NCBI GenBank assembly: GCA_905178155.1 | Contig: CAJINV010000008.1 | Location: forward strand, 682,001-746,000 | Direction: 5' to 3' | DNA from: Amoebophrya sp. A120 | Lineage: Eukaryota > Protista > Dinoflagellata | Length of the DNA: 64,000 bases | Shown: piece after piece, positions 12,238 to 24,324 of the stretch | Layout: each line of letters opens with the position of its first letter | Position numbering within the stretch: position 1 is the first letter of the stretch | Made by a program: the position numbers and the translations under genes | The notes under the pieces: model-generated | Databases searched by the model: none | Seen by the model: the letters and a program-made list of their open reading frames with translations, nothing else | Told to the model about the DNA's origin: nothing

Positions 12238-15200
12238 TTACTCGTACAACTTCAGAAAGTCGTAAATGCGAAAGTTCTGCAAAAGCTTAGCGGACCAGCG
12301 CTTGGTGTTTTGGTCCATCACGGGCGGAAGATAAGCGTTTTGCAGCATGTGTTGCAGTATCAAATGCAAATATGTCTGGGTCTGAAAGAGGGTGATGCTG
12401 TTTGTGCATGACACAGAAGGTCTGGCATGCAAGTCCTAGCAACACAGGTTTTGGGCAGGTTAAGTGATGCCTAATCCGCATGACAAGTTCCCTCTTTGGG
12501 TGACAAGAAATGAGCAACTTTTGCTGTCCATGCATGACAGATTTTTTCGTGGTCTCAAATGCGCATGAGAAGTTTACATGTTTCCAGACCCAGACATATT
12601 TGCAATGCATATGCAGCTTCGGATTGTTCTTCCACTCAACCTCCCACTCCTCCTCACTGGCCGACGTGTCCTCTATGTCGCCCGTGTCACTGCGCACGTG
12701 CTGCGTCAGCGCGTTTTGCAGTAGGCCGGAAAGGTAGTAGGAGTAGAACACGAAGCAGAAGGAGGAAAACAAAAGGAAAATCGTTGCCGCGTTCGCCACT
12801 TGACTTTGCTCGTACCATGACGGACCTTTATCGTCGCTGGCTTTGTCATCTTGATCTACCGCCCTGTTTGCAGCTCCGAGCAAGGCGTTCGAAGACACTA
12901 CAGTTGTTCCCTCCTGGTCTACCCCGGCGGAAAAGAAGAAGAGCCCCGGGACGATCTTGACGAAGAGCCAGCCCGACACGAAAAACTGCATCCAGGAAAT
13001 CGCCAACAGCATCGCTTGCAGCACCAAAGGAAGCAGTTTGTCGACGGCTTCCTCCTGATAGCTTGAGTACATATCCTGTGCAAAAGTATCGTACTCGTAG
13101 TAATTGCATTTCTGCATTACAAATCTCTTTTCCAAGGTAAATGAGCATTACAAATTGAATTTGTAATGCTGGGCTAATTTGTAATGCAATTCATACTAGT
13201 ACGATGCTTTTGCAGTTCATAGTACACCGAGTAGAACAAATTGTACTTGTCGGTCCGATACTTGATGTAGAAAAGAAGGGACGCCAAAAAGGGCACCGCG
13301 GGAACGCACACGCCGAAAAAGAGCCCCTGAAACAGAATTACCAAGCTCCACGCGTACCAGTACCCCCAGTCAAACGGCCACGGCGCAGTCAGTGTGTCCG
13401 AGTCTGAAACAGAAAAAGCAGGGAGCGGCGAGATAATCATTCCTCTCGGTGTCGGTTCGGTAAACGCCATCAAGTTGTAAAGACTTGCCAAATTACGCCC
13501 TGACTTTTTACCTAAAAAGAAACAAATAGTTGCGCACCCACTCGCTTCAGGGAACGCTTCGTAGGAGGTGGAAAACTACTCAGGCACATTGTCAGTCGCT
13601 AAACCGACAAACCGACAGCGGTGCCAAGCAACTTTTCTCCTACGAAGTGTTGTTTTGTCAAAACAGCGTTTGAACCATTTTTGTACGCCACCAGAGAAAA
13701 CGATGCAAAAGTTTCTTGCCGCCTCCCTGTCTTGTTTCATCCCTTACTCTTTCCAGATCGGTGACGGCCACAAACCTCTGCATGAAGAAGCGGTAAAACG
13801 CCTGCGAAACTTGCGTGAGCTGCGTACTGGCCGTGAGGAAAGCGCAGTTGATCAGGTATCGCAGGGTGAAAACGCCGGACACGGAGAACGCAATGGACTC
13901 TCCGAAGCGCAACCAGAAGTTTTCGTTCGCCCCGCTCGTCAAACCTGCTGCTTCATCTCCCTCCGTCCGCGCTGCTGTAACCGCGGCAGTCGCCCGGCTC
14001 CCCGCCGGCGGGGGCCCGGCGTTGTAGATTTCAAACTGCAGCAGCGCCTGCAGACTGGTGAAACCTACGAGGGGCAGAAGCACGACGTTGAGCGTGGAGT
14101 ATCCTGAGCAAAAACGTCCCCACACTAGAGTCAAGATGGGAAATCTGCTAGACAAATCAACTAGCTTTCGTTGTTTGGCATGACAAGTTTGTCCTCGTAG
14201 TGTAATCCTGTTGAGCTAGCTCCAGCAGCATCACAGATCTAGCATAGCATGCTGATTAGAGCATCACAAATTCTACAACACGACTAGAAAACGCTTCTCA
14301 TGGGGCTCCGCATGAGAAACTTTTTTGGCATGCAGATTTGCATGACAACTCTGGGGTGGGGACGTTTTTCCTCATGATATGGAGGTGAGCAGGTTCAGGC
14401 GCAAGCAGGTGACGTCGTAGTCGCTGCGGAGCTCATATCCTGTGCAAAAGTATTGCACTCGTAGTAATTGCATTCATACATTACAAATCGCGTTCTTAAG
14501 CTAAATCCGCATCACAAATTTCATTTCTCATGCTGAGGAAATTTGTAATGCATTTATACGAATACGATACTTTTGCAAAGCATAGCTCGCCCCGCTGCCA
14601 CCGCGCGATCCAGGAGATGAGGAACGGCACCAGCACCGTGTTGATAGCGTATTGTCAGAAAAAATCCCCCCTCCCCATATCAAAATCAAAATTTGTGGTG
14701 CTAGTCTGTGACCACTAATCAGATTTGTCTTGCAGACGCTGCCTGCCGGTATTTTCTAAGCCTGTTCGGGTATGCAGAAGGCTAGCAATTAGGCATGGCA
14801 AACAGGCTTGCAGTAGTCGAAAGCGCATGACAGACTGGCTGTAGAATGCGCCACAAGGCTCCTATTACCATATAGGCAAGACATTCTTATCTAGGAAAAG
14901 ATTTGTGACTACAAATCAGCATTACAAGTTTCCATTTTGATATCGGGAGCGGGGATTTTTCATTTTGATATAGCGAGTAGCATCACGATGGGGAGGTAGT
15001 CCGTCAGGTAGCTCCAGAATACCTCGTCGTACCGGTCGAGCGCCTTGGTCAGGTACTTTTCCCACCGGCTCGTCCCGTTCTTCACCGCGTTTACCAGCGG
15101 TGTGATGGCCAATCCTGAGCAAAAAGTGTTGCAGTTACACACCCTAATGGAAGACAAGCAAGACAGACACCCTCTGTCATGCAGGAAATGCTTGTCAGCC

Positions 15201-18200
15201 TCATTTCATGCTTTTTTTCCCCTTGAGTCTGCGCATTACAGCTTTTCTTTGCCACGTCGAGCAACTTTGTGATGCAGAAACTCCAACAAATGTGTAATTG
15301 TAACACTTTTTTCCTGTGATATTGCCTGGGTGATGACCACGGGCGTGACCAGGACGAGGAGGAAGAGGAACAGCAGCAGCGTATTCTGAGTAAAAACGTC
15401 CCACCCCATAGTCAAGATGGGAAAACTGCTAGACAAATCTACGAACTTAGGTTGTTGCGCATGACAAGTTTGGCCTCATATAATTGTAATGCTGTTTAGC
15501 TCGTTCGGAAGCATCACAAATCTGGCCTACCATGCTGATTGGAGCATTACAAGTTCCAAAACACGAGTAGAAATTGCTTCTCATGGGGCTCCGCATTAGA
15601 AACATTTTGGGCATGCGTTTTTGCATTACAACTCTGGGGTGGGGACGTTTTTACTCAGAATACAGCGTCAGCGTCCACCGCACGGTCCCGCGCCACACGT
15701 CCGACACGTGCACGTTGCTCCAGAAAATGTCCGAGGGGCTGGGCGCCCGCGAGGCCTCCAGCGTGATCGCCTGGAAGGGCGGGCGTCCGAAGGAAAACGT
15801 CCCGCTGCGCACCAGCTTTTTCGCGTCCTTCGAGCTGCGAAAGGTGACGAAGGCAAGCCCGGACAGGCTGCCACTGGAAGTGAGCTTTTCCACCAGCTTT
15901 TCACTCACCGTCAGCAGGCAAGCCTTGAGATACATCACGCGAATCTGCAGAAACGCCTCCAACAGCCAGTAGAACGTCAAAAACGCCTGCACTCTGGCGA
16001 TGAAGGACTGCATCAGCCGGTCGAAGCAAGTGGTGGCATTGGTGGGAACGTCGGCAGAGTTGTCATGATCCGGAAGCGGGAGTGAAGTTGTGTCGTGAGT
16101 CTGCTCCCCAGTACGAAGCAGCGGCGCACTACTTATCGTCGCCTCTACGTGTACCTCCCGCGTAGCGACCGGTTCAGCCGCGTGCACGGAGTTACCGCGG
16201 CCGAGTTTGGTTCTGACGGTTTCTAACCGGTCCTGAAAGTGCGCCAAAGCGGCACACGCATCGGCATACTGGCGCTGCAAGTCTAGTACTTCTGCGCAGC
16301 TAGGAACAACGTGCACTGCCAAAATCCGCCCTTTGCTTGTTGTCAACGCCGTCGCTCCACCTTCCGTGCTCGCAAAGACAGCTGCGGCGGCCGCGTCGAT
16401 TGAAATCCGGGTGTCGGGGAGGATGAGTTCGTTTGACGAAGCGGAAGATCCGGGAGCGAGTATGCGCATGTTGTCTTCCTCGTCCAGGAGGCGGAACTCG
16501 TAGCCGCTCGCTGATCTCTCGCGCTCCGCGTAGTACACTGTGTCTCGCTGCTCTACCTGTGACACGCCCGGCTTTTGGTCCACTCCACCGGTAAATTCAG
16601 ACAGGTGCGGAAGACCACCGTCTCGCGAAGACGACCCCCGGGGCGTTCCTTTGCGCGCACTTGCGCTGCGACCTTTGCTTTGTTGCGCGAGAAATCTGCG
16701 CACGATCGGATGCTCGCGGGCGACCTCGGCGAGCTCCAACGGCTTTCCGTCGTTGATGCGCGCTATCAACTGATCTGTAAACCGAGAGGAGCAGGCGGGC
16801 TCGGCTTGGAAGTATTCGTCACCGAGACGAATACGGGACAGCGAGTCCGCAGGCTCGCGACGCCGCGCTTTTTCTGCCTCGAGGAGTGCGACGGGCGAAT
16901 TCATCGTGACCGGCGTTGCGACGCCCGGCGGAGTTACAATAGTGCGGCTGCTTTCTTCTGCTTTGGAGGACGATCTATGCCCATTACCGAACAGCGGCGG
17001 CGTTTGTTGCGCGGAAGTCGCCTCAACTTTCCGGGCTCTCCACGGTGCGGCCTCTAGCGGGCGCAACGTCGGGGATTCCGGATCGTCCTGATCCGAGCGG
17101 CTGCTGCTGCTACTCCGAGCAGCGGGACCTCCATCCCCACCGGAAGCTGCCAGATCAATACTATCTTGGTGCTCGGGCCGTGGCGAAATCAAGTGAACGG
17201 GAGGGCTGTAGAATCCAGCCTCGAAATTGCTTCGCTCCTGCGCGGTCATGCTGCTCTTTTGCTGTTCGCGCTGCACGAACCACAACACCAACGCATCACG
17301 TAAGTCCCGCTCGACTCGCACTACGTCGCGCCGCGACATGTCGAACAGATCGGTTGCGGTGACTCGGCCACCGGCTACTGCTGCACCAGGAAGCAGTGGC
17401 CCGAAAAAGTAGGAGCGCGGGCCCCGCGGAATGCCACGGAGGAGGACGGTGGTCCGCGAACAGTGCCTCCCCCAGCTGTACTGCAGTGGAACCAAAATGC
17501 TGCGCAGGAATTTGTGGACGTAGAAGAGCGTTGTGATGGTTGAAACCCAAATTACGAGGTAGGTGCGCCAGAACTTGTGCTTGGAATCTAGCTGGATCGC
17601 GATAGGTACCACATCTCCAATCTCGCCCTGCTGCAATACGTCCGGCAGGAGAAAAAGCATGTTCACGACACCCAGTGTTGCGAACAATTGGCATAGATTC
17701 CAGAGAAAGGCAAGGTAGTTCCGAATCGCGACGTTTACGAGTGCGTCGTCGGCGGCATCCTCTACAACGTCCCACATCTTGCTGTTCGCAACCCGCTCCG
17801 CAAAAGTGGCGCGCTTCGTGAACCCTGCCGCCGACTCCGGGCGCTTCCCGGAAAGGAAAGGCGTTGCGGAGGGGGTCGCATAAGTCGGTCGGTCCCGCGG
17901 TGAGACAAGCGAGTGCGGGCGGCGGCCGGCATTGATCGAGGCAACGCGGCTCGGTCGCCGGTGGTCCGGCAGAAGGCCTTCCGCTCCGGTAGCCTCGATA
18001 GTTTGCTTTCGCCGCCCGCGGGTGAGGAGGTCCGAGACCGCAACGGACGGTCGATCCGGCGGAAGAACGGAAGGGCGATGACTTTCGCCGTCGGAGTCCG
18101 AGCGCCGGTTTGGGTAGCCGAGTTCATCTCCAAGGACCTGTACTGCCCGGCCGCTTCCATCGGAGCGCTGCGAAGGCGTTCGTGCATCGAGTGGAGCCTG

Positions 18201-18386
18201 CTCCCAAGGGGCACCGGTTGGCTTTCGTACAATACTGGGCCGGAGGTCAGGCACATTATCCCACCGTCGATGTCGGGTCAGCAGGAATACCAAGAAAGAA
18301 ATGCCGAAGATGAAGATATCAAGCGCGAAGGTGAGAAGCACGCCGCGCCAGCTTTCGAGCTCCCTTGCCGCGCCGCCCGCTGTCAT
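12238..18386 (-). CDS. CSC1/OSCA/TMEM63 (ERD4-like) calcium-permeable stress-gated channel; 7 introners
   Basis: N-terminal TM helix, RNYLAFL, TTVLLRGIP, GLAFVTF, APSPSDIFWSNV, FDWGYWYAWSL, IKYRTDKYNL, C-terminal AYLPP; exons separated by TIR elements. Confidence 0.85.
12358..12611. mobile_element. Introner/MITE, family A
   Basis: TATCAAATGCAAATATGTCTGGGTCTG ... CAGACCCAGACATATTTGCAATGCATA; TSD TGCAG. Confidence 0.9.
13072..13221. mobile_element. Introner/MITE, family D
   Basis: TATCCTGTGCAAAAGTATCGTACT ... AGTACGATGCTTTTGCAGTTCATA; TSD GTACA. Confidence 0.88.
14100..14379. mobile_element. Introner/MITE, family B
   Basis: TATCCTGAGCAAAAACGTCCCCAC ... GTGGGGACGTTTTTCCTCATGATA; TSD TGGAG. 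Confidence 0.9.
14436..14584. mobile_element. Introner/MITE, family D
   Basis: TATCCTGTGCAAAAGTAT ... ATACTTTTGCAAAGCATA; TSD GCTCA/GCTCG. Confidence 0.85.
14650..14970. mobile_element. Introner/MITE, family C
   Basis: TATTGTCAGAAAAAATCCCCCCTCCCCATATCAAAAT ... ATTTTGATATCGGGAGCGGGGATTTTTCATTTTGATA; TSD TAGCG. Confidence 0.88.
15111..15321. mobile_element. Introner/MITE, D-like (diverged)
   Basis: AATCCTGAGCAAAAAGTGTTGCAGTTACAC ... GTGTAATTGTAACACTTTTTTCCTGTGATA; TSD TGGCC/TTGCC. Confidence 0.78.
15382..15662. mobile_element. Introner/MITE, family B
   Basis: TATTCTGAGTAAAAACGTCCCACCCC ... GGGGTGGGGACGTTTTTACTCAGAATA; TSD CAGCG. Confidence 0.92.
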
Positions 18387-18554
18387 AGCGAGCGGAAGGC
18401 GATCCTAGTGTGCTTGCGGGCCATTTCTCTATTGTGGCGGCTGCCGACCCAGGCGACTGCTAACGAAAGCAACAAATCATCCCAAAAGCCTGGGGGACTA
18501 CGCAATGCGGGCGAAATTGGGCGCGCTACTTTGAAACGCGGCGAGAACTTCGAG

Positions 18555-19475
18555 CACCCGCAGGGCGCCGGCCGGACCGGGCAAGGGCGCCGGCCGGACC
18601 GGGCAAGGGCGCCGGCCGGGCCGGGCATTTTATTGGCCCCAGCCTTGAGCCAGTCGCAGGGCCGTCTGGTCCCAAAAGAGCACAGCGCCTAGAGGCGTCG
18701 CCGAAGCGAGATCGCCCTCGCCCGAACGCGAACACCCGAGGCCGGAGCGGCTTCAGCGGCCGCGACCCGGCGGTGGGGAACCAGGAAACACCGAACCAAA
18801 GGGCGAACGCGAATCCGCAAAGGCGCCGCCTGAGGCGCTGCACATCGCACCCCGCGGCGACAAGTCACCGGGGCGCAACGAGTCCTGCGAACTGGATCAC
18901 GGCCGAAGCCGAAGCAGCGCAAAGCAAGCGCACTGATGCGCGACCACCAATCAAAGGGAGGGAGGTTGGGAAAACAAAAACCGTCCTGGGCACAAACGAG
19001 TGTCCCGGGAGCAGCTTTCCCTGCTGCCCAAACATACAAGGCCGATGGCGCAAAGGCCTGAAAGGCCCGCGGTCGCGCTCCCGCGTAGCACGGCGCGACC
19101 GGATCGCAGCGAGATGCCAATGCCGCACCCTGGCAACCAGAGATGGAGCCTGGAATGCCCCTACGGGCAAATCTGGGCCAAAGCATGCGGAATGCCTTGA
19201 ACAGAAAGGGCCCCGCAAGGGGAGCAGGGGCCGCGCCCTCCGAACGCCTTCCGCGGACCGCGCCAGCGGCGGCCTTCCGCCCTGGGCAAGGGTGCCCGCC
19301 CCTGCGCACCTGCAGGCCCGCCCAGCACACCAGACGGCCACGACCTTGGCCACGTCTGGGCCAATCAAACCGCGCGCATTCGGCAGGCTTAGACACCCAC
19401 AAGGGCGCCGGCCGGACCGGGCAAGGGCACCAGCCGGACCGGACAAGGGCACAGGCCGGACCGGGCAAGGGCGCA
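18555..19475. repeat. GC-rich segment bounded by two clusters of a 22-bp unit (AAGGGCGCCGGCCGGACCGGGC)
   Basis: About 3 tandem copies at 18560-18627 and 3-4 degenerate copies at 19401-19475. Confidence 0.75.
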
Positions 19476-19479
19476 GGTC

Positions 19480-19809
19480 GCCAATCGGAGGGAAATGTCG
19501 GAAGCTGGTGGCCAATCGCGGCAAAATATCACAAGCGGGTGGCCAATCGAGACAAAATCTTGCAAGCTGGTGGCCAATTGGGACAACATGTCACCAGTAA
19601 GTGGCCAACCGGGGCAAAATCTGGGAAGCTCATAGCCAATTGAGGCAAAATATTATAAGCTGGCGCCGATCACAGCCAAACTGCTGCAAGTGGGTGGCCA
19701 ATTCGAGCAAAATCTTGCAAGTTTGTGCCCAATGGAGGCAAAATATCATCAGTCGGCGGCCAATAAAGATGAAATCTTGCAAAATTGCGGGAAATTAGGA
19801 CAACCTGTC
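19480..19809. repeat. Degenerate 31-bp minisatellite, left part (consensus about GCAAAATCTTGCAAGTTGGTGGCCAATNNNN)
   Basis: CAAAAT-like anchor recurs about every 31 nt (19646, 19677, 19708, 19739). Confidence 0.85.
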
Positions 19810-21018
19810 CGATGAAATTCGATCATGAGTGATCATTTCTCAGCTGTCCAGGAGCATGAGCGATGAGTGACAATTGAGGACTACACGTACGGGAAGATAT
19901 TGGTGGAGTAGCAGAGTCGTTTGAGCTTATGAGGAGTACGCGTAGCTTTTGTGGTTCGTAGGTCGATATATTCTTCGGAATAAAGACGTAGATGCACGAA
20001 TCAAAGAACGACGATGATGATTTTGGACTCACTGTGATTCCGAACATATAGGCCATGTTTTTTTCGCAATTGGGGACCAAAAAAAGAGGAAGAAGCTGCT
20101 CGTCGGAGGACGACGCGAAAGAAGCACGCCTTTCAGTGCATTTTAGATGTGCCGCCGCTGTGTCCGCCTTATGTAAAGGTCAAAAGTACAAGAAATCCGT
20201 CGATTCGGTCTTCATTTTCATCGCTTTCAGTACTATACTATGTCGGTTTTGATCGTCGTAGTCGTCCGCGGCTGTATTTAGATGGTCGCGCTCGGTTTTA
20301 GATCACGTTTGACTACTTCTAGTTCATTTCCGCCCTGCATCTGTTGCTCGGTCTTCGAGGAGATACGCGTCTCCGCTGTCAGTACTGAGAATACTGCTAA
20401 GAAGCACTTGAGGAAGTACCTTTTGTCGCTCGTTTTCGGTCGCGATTAGCCCCGTTTTTAGTACTATTTTTGTCTGTATTCGCCCGCTATGAGCGCGCCA
20501 TGCAAATCATTGAAAAACCTATGGGACGACGTCTCTGACCGTGTCGAAGTACTAGAGGAACGTATTCTAAAGCTAGAGCAGGATCTACAGAACCGTGAAA
20601 AGAAGACACTACTAAGGTCGGTCGGGGCCGTTTTTAAGAACCTTTTTATGCGCATCATGCCATGCAAGTAAGGTTATTTTTTCGTTACAGTGTTGTAGGT
20701 TTAGGGTTTAGAACAGTTCCCCGTATCTTTTTGCTCGCATTTCACCCAAGGATATCAGTGAATCTGTATTCTACCATGCAAATAGTACCCAGTACGAATA
20801 GTATCAGCGGCGTATCATTATCCTAATCGCGGAGCACATCATGCTCCTTCTCGCGATGTTTTTGTCCTCTTTTTCGGCCCCACGCGGGATCCCGAAGGCG
20901 ATGCGAGACGCCATTAGAGTCATCTTTTTTACGCACAGCGTCACGACTTTGACGTCGATGTTCCGATCGCACGACGCGCTCGACAACCGAGGGGCACACA
21001 CTCTTCCATTTTGTATCG
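19810..21018 (+). repeat. 5' LTR (CGATGAAA...TTGTATCG)
   Basis: Matches 39515-40723; four substitutions seen by eye (19881, 19938, 19941, 20026). Confidence 0.97.
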
Positions 21019-21033
21019 TGGCACCCCTGACGG
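21019..21033 (+). promoter_or_regulatory. Primer-binding site TGGCACCCCTGACGG
   Basis: Directly abuts the 5' LTR and begins TGG, the complement of tRNA CCA. Implied tRNA 3' end ...CCGUCAGGGGUG-CCA resembles tRNA-Arg (inference). Confidence 0.8.
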
Positions 21034-21251
21034 TTAGACAAAGCACCCGCAAAAGATCAACCAAAACAACAAATCATACGGAATCAGACCTGTACCACTT
21101 TTACTATCGCGACCATTATTTAGAAACTGAATCGGCGGTGGCGGAGTTAATAAACAGCAACATAAATAATCGGCGGCGGCACATAGTAACAAGTGTGAGA
21201 GAGTTTTTCACCAAGAAACTAGTAGAGAAGAAGAAGAAAAAAACAAACGAG

Positions 21252-24200
21252 ATGCAGTCCTTCAACTGGCGCGAGCTCCCTACTAAGGAGCAGTTGAAGG
21301 CTGAGAAGGAGCCCCGCAAGAGGCTGGGATTCATTGAAGGGCTGAATCCCAACACGAGGAGCATGTACATCAAGCGCGAACGCTTTTTCGCAACTGTTGC
21401 GATGCATCAGAGCAGCTCCTCCACGACGTTCATGCCGACCTGCATCTCCGGCAAAACGTGGCCGCTGAAGGTGACTAACCTCGCGGGAGAAGATGCTGCG
21501 GAAGAACTCCCGACGTGGATCCAGTGCGCTGTTGTGGTCCCCGCGCTCGAGAGTTTGTCGGAAGAGGTCAAGAAGAAGAAATTACATGTGGCGACGTACT
21601 TCCTCCGCGCCAGGAGCTTCTTGACGTACTTTACGAAGAAGCACACTGCGGACGACAGAGTCCTCATCTGCAAGTGGATCGCGGTCAACGTGTTTACGAT
21701 TTCGACCGACTTTATCACGAAAAACATGCGGTTCGAGGCGGGGGCGAACGGCTTCTTTTCAACACGGATGCTCATGTCGCAGTTTGGTGTTCTGACCGAG
21801 AACGGACAGCCCGTCCCGTACTCCGATTCGATGGACTCCGTGGTCGACAAATGGGTGGAGTACTGGGGTATCGACGAAGAAGGGGTATATGTTGATGATG
21901 ATGCAGATGAAGATTTTTTAGCAAGCATCAGTGACATCGAATGTGTTGAGTTTAAGATTTACGGGGAGGACGACGACCAGTTGTCGAACCTGTTCGCGTA
22001 CGAACCGGCAGCACCAAGCCCGAACAAGGCGCTGATGGGATCCACGTTCGACCAGAAAAATAACAACCTCCTCGCAGAAGGACCAAGCGAACTTCCTACC
22101 CCGGGCCAGATGCAGACGCCAGCGGTCACAACACCGAATAGCAAGAAGCCCGCTGCTTCGATTGCACCTCCTGCTGCTACAACTACCCCCGCCGTTATCC
22201 CGGCCCTGCACGACTACCTGACTAAAATTTTACCGGCACCGGCACCGGCGCAGCAGTCGCAGAACAAACTCCCGATCGTCGACGACGGCCTGCATCAAGT
22301 CCCTTCTACCCCGATGCCGCCTGCATCGCGGAAGCCATCGAAGACAGCTGCTGACACCATGTCGACGAAGGACCAAATTGCAGCGTTGATCGAGGACGTT
22401 TTGATCGAGAAGAGCCCGTTCCCGGTCAAGCACTGCAAGTACCTTACGCCGTACCTGGGTGCAAAGAGCGACGTTTTGTGCTCGGATTATAACACGACTC
22501 TGCGGAAAATCGCCCAGTCGTACGAAGTCCCAGAACAGATGTTGACAGCGCCGAAGATGAAAGCGGGCGGGATGTTCGAAAAGGGTCTGGAGTCGCTGGA
22601 GCTCCCGAAGAGTGCGGCGGTGTTTGGTTTTGAAAAAAATGAAGCGCTGCAAGTAACGGACGCGGAATTCAAATCATTTCCAGTTTTGGAAGACACGCCG
22701 TACAACTGGATCGAGGAGCGCGACTTGATCCTCACCTGGATGTTCCAAACCGCGGACGCACGATCGTACAAGAAGCACCAGCAGCAGTCGCACCTGTACC
22801 CGCTGACGATGTCCGCATTTCGACGCATAACGAAAAAGAAGGTGTCCATGTGGGTGCAATGCATGAGAACTGCGGACCAGAGCCAGACGTTGTCGGTGGC
22901 GCAGCGGTTTTTGAATGGCTTTACCCTCGCGGAGAAGACTTTCGCGCGGGATCAGCAGAACTGGCTCGACGGATCGAAGGCAGGGGAGTACCGGGTCTTG
23001 GTGAAGACTGTGGGAAACTACGTCGACGCGATCTGGTCGGACACCGCGATGGTTTTTCTGGAACTGCAGATGGGATTGTGGACCCTCGTCATGCTCCGGT
23101 TGGCGATCGACTGCGAGCGCGCGGAGAGGTTCAGGATCAGCACGGAGGAGGCCCGGGTGTTACAAGATGTATTTGTCGGACGATGGCCCAAGCTCGAAGA
23201 AATTTTCAACAACGTCTACGACCGCTGCATCCGACCCCATGAGATGCACCAGAGGCGTGCATCCCTCGCCGTCTTTGACGTGTGCCTCGCCGCGATGGGA
23301 GTGTTACAGTCCAACCAGAAAGGAGTAGTCGCGATGGAAAAGAAAACCGATAGAACCGGTGCGATGAACACACCGCAGTACCACCTCCGCGAAAAGAAAA
23401 ACTACTACGTCCCGAAGCAGGACTACGGCACTGTGAGTGGCGTCCAGCAGGTAAAGATGAGCATGGCGTCTGCGCACGGGCTTTTGGCGCAGGGTGATGA
23501 CGACATCGAAGTTTTCGACAACGCGAACCCCCGCTCAGTCGATGCGAGATCCCGATCTGGTACCATGCAGTCCGCTGATGTCCCCATTTGGAGCTGGGAG
23601 ACAGATGAGAACGCATCCTTCGGCGCCGCTGGTAGCGACAAGCTGGCGGGAGTGCCCGACTGCCCCGTGCCGGAGAGCAAACGGTGGACCACCCGGGAGT
23701 ACCAGGCGCACACGGAGTGGTGGGCGCGATGGGAAATGCAGTTGACGGGAGCGCACTTTTTGTACATCGTGTATGACGACGGGAAGGACCTGCGCGGGAT
23801 CAAGGTGTTCGGTCCCGGCCCGAAAGGGGGATCTGAGTGCTTCCTGGCGATTTTTGACTGCTGCTATTCCGGAATGCGTTGCGGATGCGCTGATTTGCAG
23901 GTGGACTCTAAGGCGAAGGAGAGTGCCCGTGCGAAGCTGAAAGACCTCGGAGTCACGCATGCTGATGTCGAACTGGTCCAGAAAGTGCACACCGCGTTTC
24001 TCGCGAGCGGAAAACGGAAGTACTACGAGAAATTTGCCGGGAAAACAACCGCGGAGCAGAAGATTACTGGGGAAGAATATCGAATCCGGAATCCGACGAA
24101 GATTTCCTTCCCGGAATGTGAACAACTCGGTGAACAGTACAGGAACCTCCGTGTTGCGATTCCGACGCCGAGTGGATTTATTACGGAAGCAGGACCGGAA

Positions 24201-24284
24201 ATTTTAACTGCCGAAGAGAAGGCGCGGCTCCAGGAGCTGAAGACCCTCCTCGGACGAGTCCAAGTCTCGCAGCTTTTTCAGTAG
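21252..24284 (+). CDS. ORF1, Gag-position protein (about 1010 aa)
   Basis: First in-frame ATG downstream of the PBS (MQSFNW...). The ORF-track start at 20841 lies inside the LTR. Gag identity rests on position only; no CCHC knuckle recognised. Confidence 0.7.
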   Translation: MQSFNWRELPTKEQLKAEKEPRKRLGFIEGLNPNTRSMYIKRERFFATVAMHQSSSSTTFMPTCISGKTWPLKVTNLAGEDAAEELPTWIQCAVVVPALESLSEEVKKKKLHVATYFLRARSFLTYFTKKHTADDRVLICKWIAVNVFTISTDFITKNMRFEAGANGFFSTRMLMSQFGVLTENGQPVPYSDSMDSVVDKWVEYWGIDEEGVYVDDDADEDFLASISDIECVEFKIYGEDDDQLSNLFAYEPAAPSPNKALMGSTFDQKNNNLLAEGPSELPTPGQMQTPAVTTPNSKKPAASIAPPAATTTPAVIPALHDYLTKILPAPAPAQQSQNKLPIVDDGLHQVPSTPMPPASRKPSKTAADTMSTKDQIAALIEDVLIEKSPFPVKHCKYLTPYLGAKSDVLCSDYNTTLRKIAQSYEVPEQMLTAPKMKAGGMFEKGLESLELPKSAAVFGFEKNEALQVTDAEFKSFPVLEDTPYNWIEERDLILTWMFQTADARSYKKHQQQSHLYPLTMSAFRRITKKKVSMWVQCMRTADQSQTLSVAQRFLNGFTLAEKTFARDQQNWLDGSKAGEYRVLVKTVGNYVDAIWSDTAMVFLELQMGLWTLVMLRLAIDCERAERFRISTEEARVLQDVFVGRWPKLEEIFNNVYDRCIRPHEMHQRRASLAVFDVCLAAMGVLQSNQKGVVAMEKKTDRTGAMNTPQYHLREKKNYYVPKQDYGTVSGVQQVKMSMASAHGLLAQGDDDIEVFDNANPRSVDARSRSGTMQSADVPIWSWETDENASFGAAGSDKLAGVPDCPVPESKRWTTREYQAHTEWWARWEMQLTGAHFLYIVYDDGKDLRGIKVFGPGPKGGSECFLAIFDCCYSGMRCGCADLQVDSKAKESARAKLKDLGVTHADVELVQKVHTAFLASGKRKYYEKFAGKTTAEQKITGEEYRIRNPTKISFPECEQLGEQYRNLRVAIPTPSGFITEAGPEILTAEEKARLQELKTLLGRVQVSQLFQ

Positions 24285-24324
24285 ACCCCTCTATCGCACC
24301 GAAATTTTATACCGGTAGAGGGGT
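24272..24324 (+). promoter_or_regulatory. Candidate -1 ribosomal frameshift signal
   Basis: G CTT TTT, 6-nt spacer CAGTAG, then 12-bp stem ACCCCTCTATCG / CGGTAGAGGGGT (24285-24324). ORF2 is in the -1 frame, which is open across the ORF1 end. Confidence 0.6.

Noticed and set aside
20696-20712. Telomere-like GGTTTAGGGTTTAG in the LTR
   Set aside because: Only about two units; may be chance.
20841-21251. ORF-track N-terminus of the 1147-aa ORF
   Set aside because: It begins inside the LTR and crosses the PBS; ATG 21252 is more plausible.
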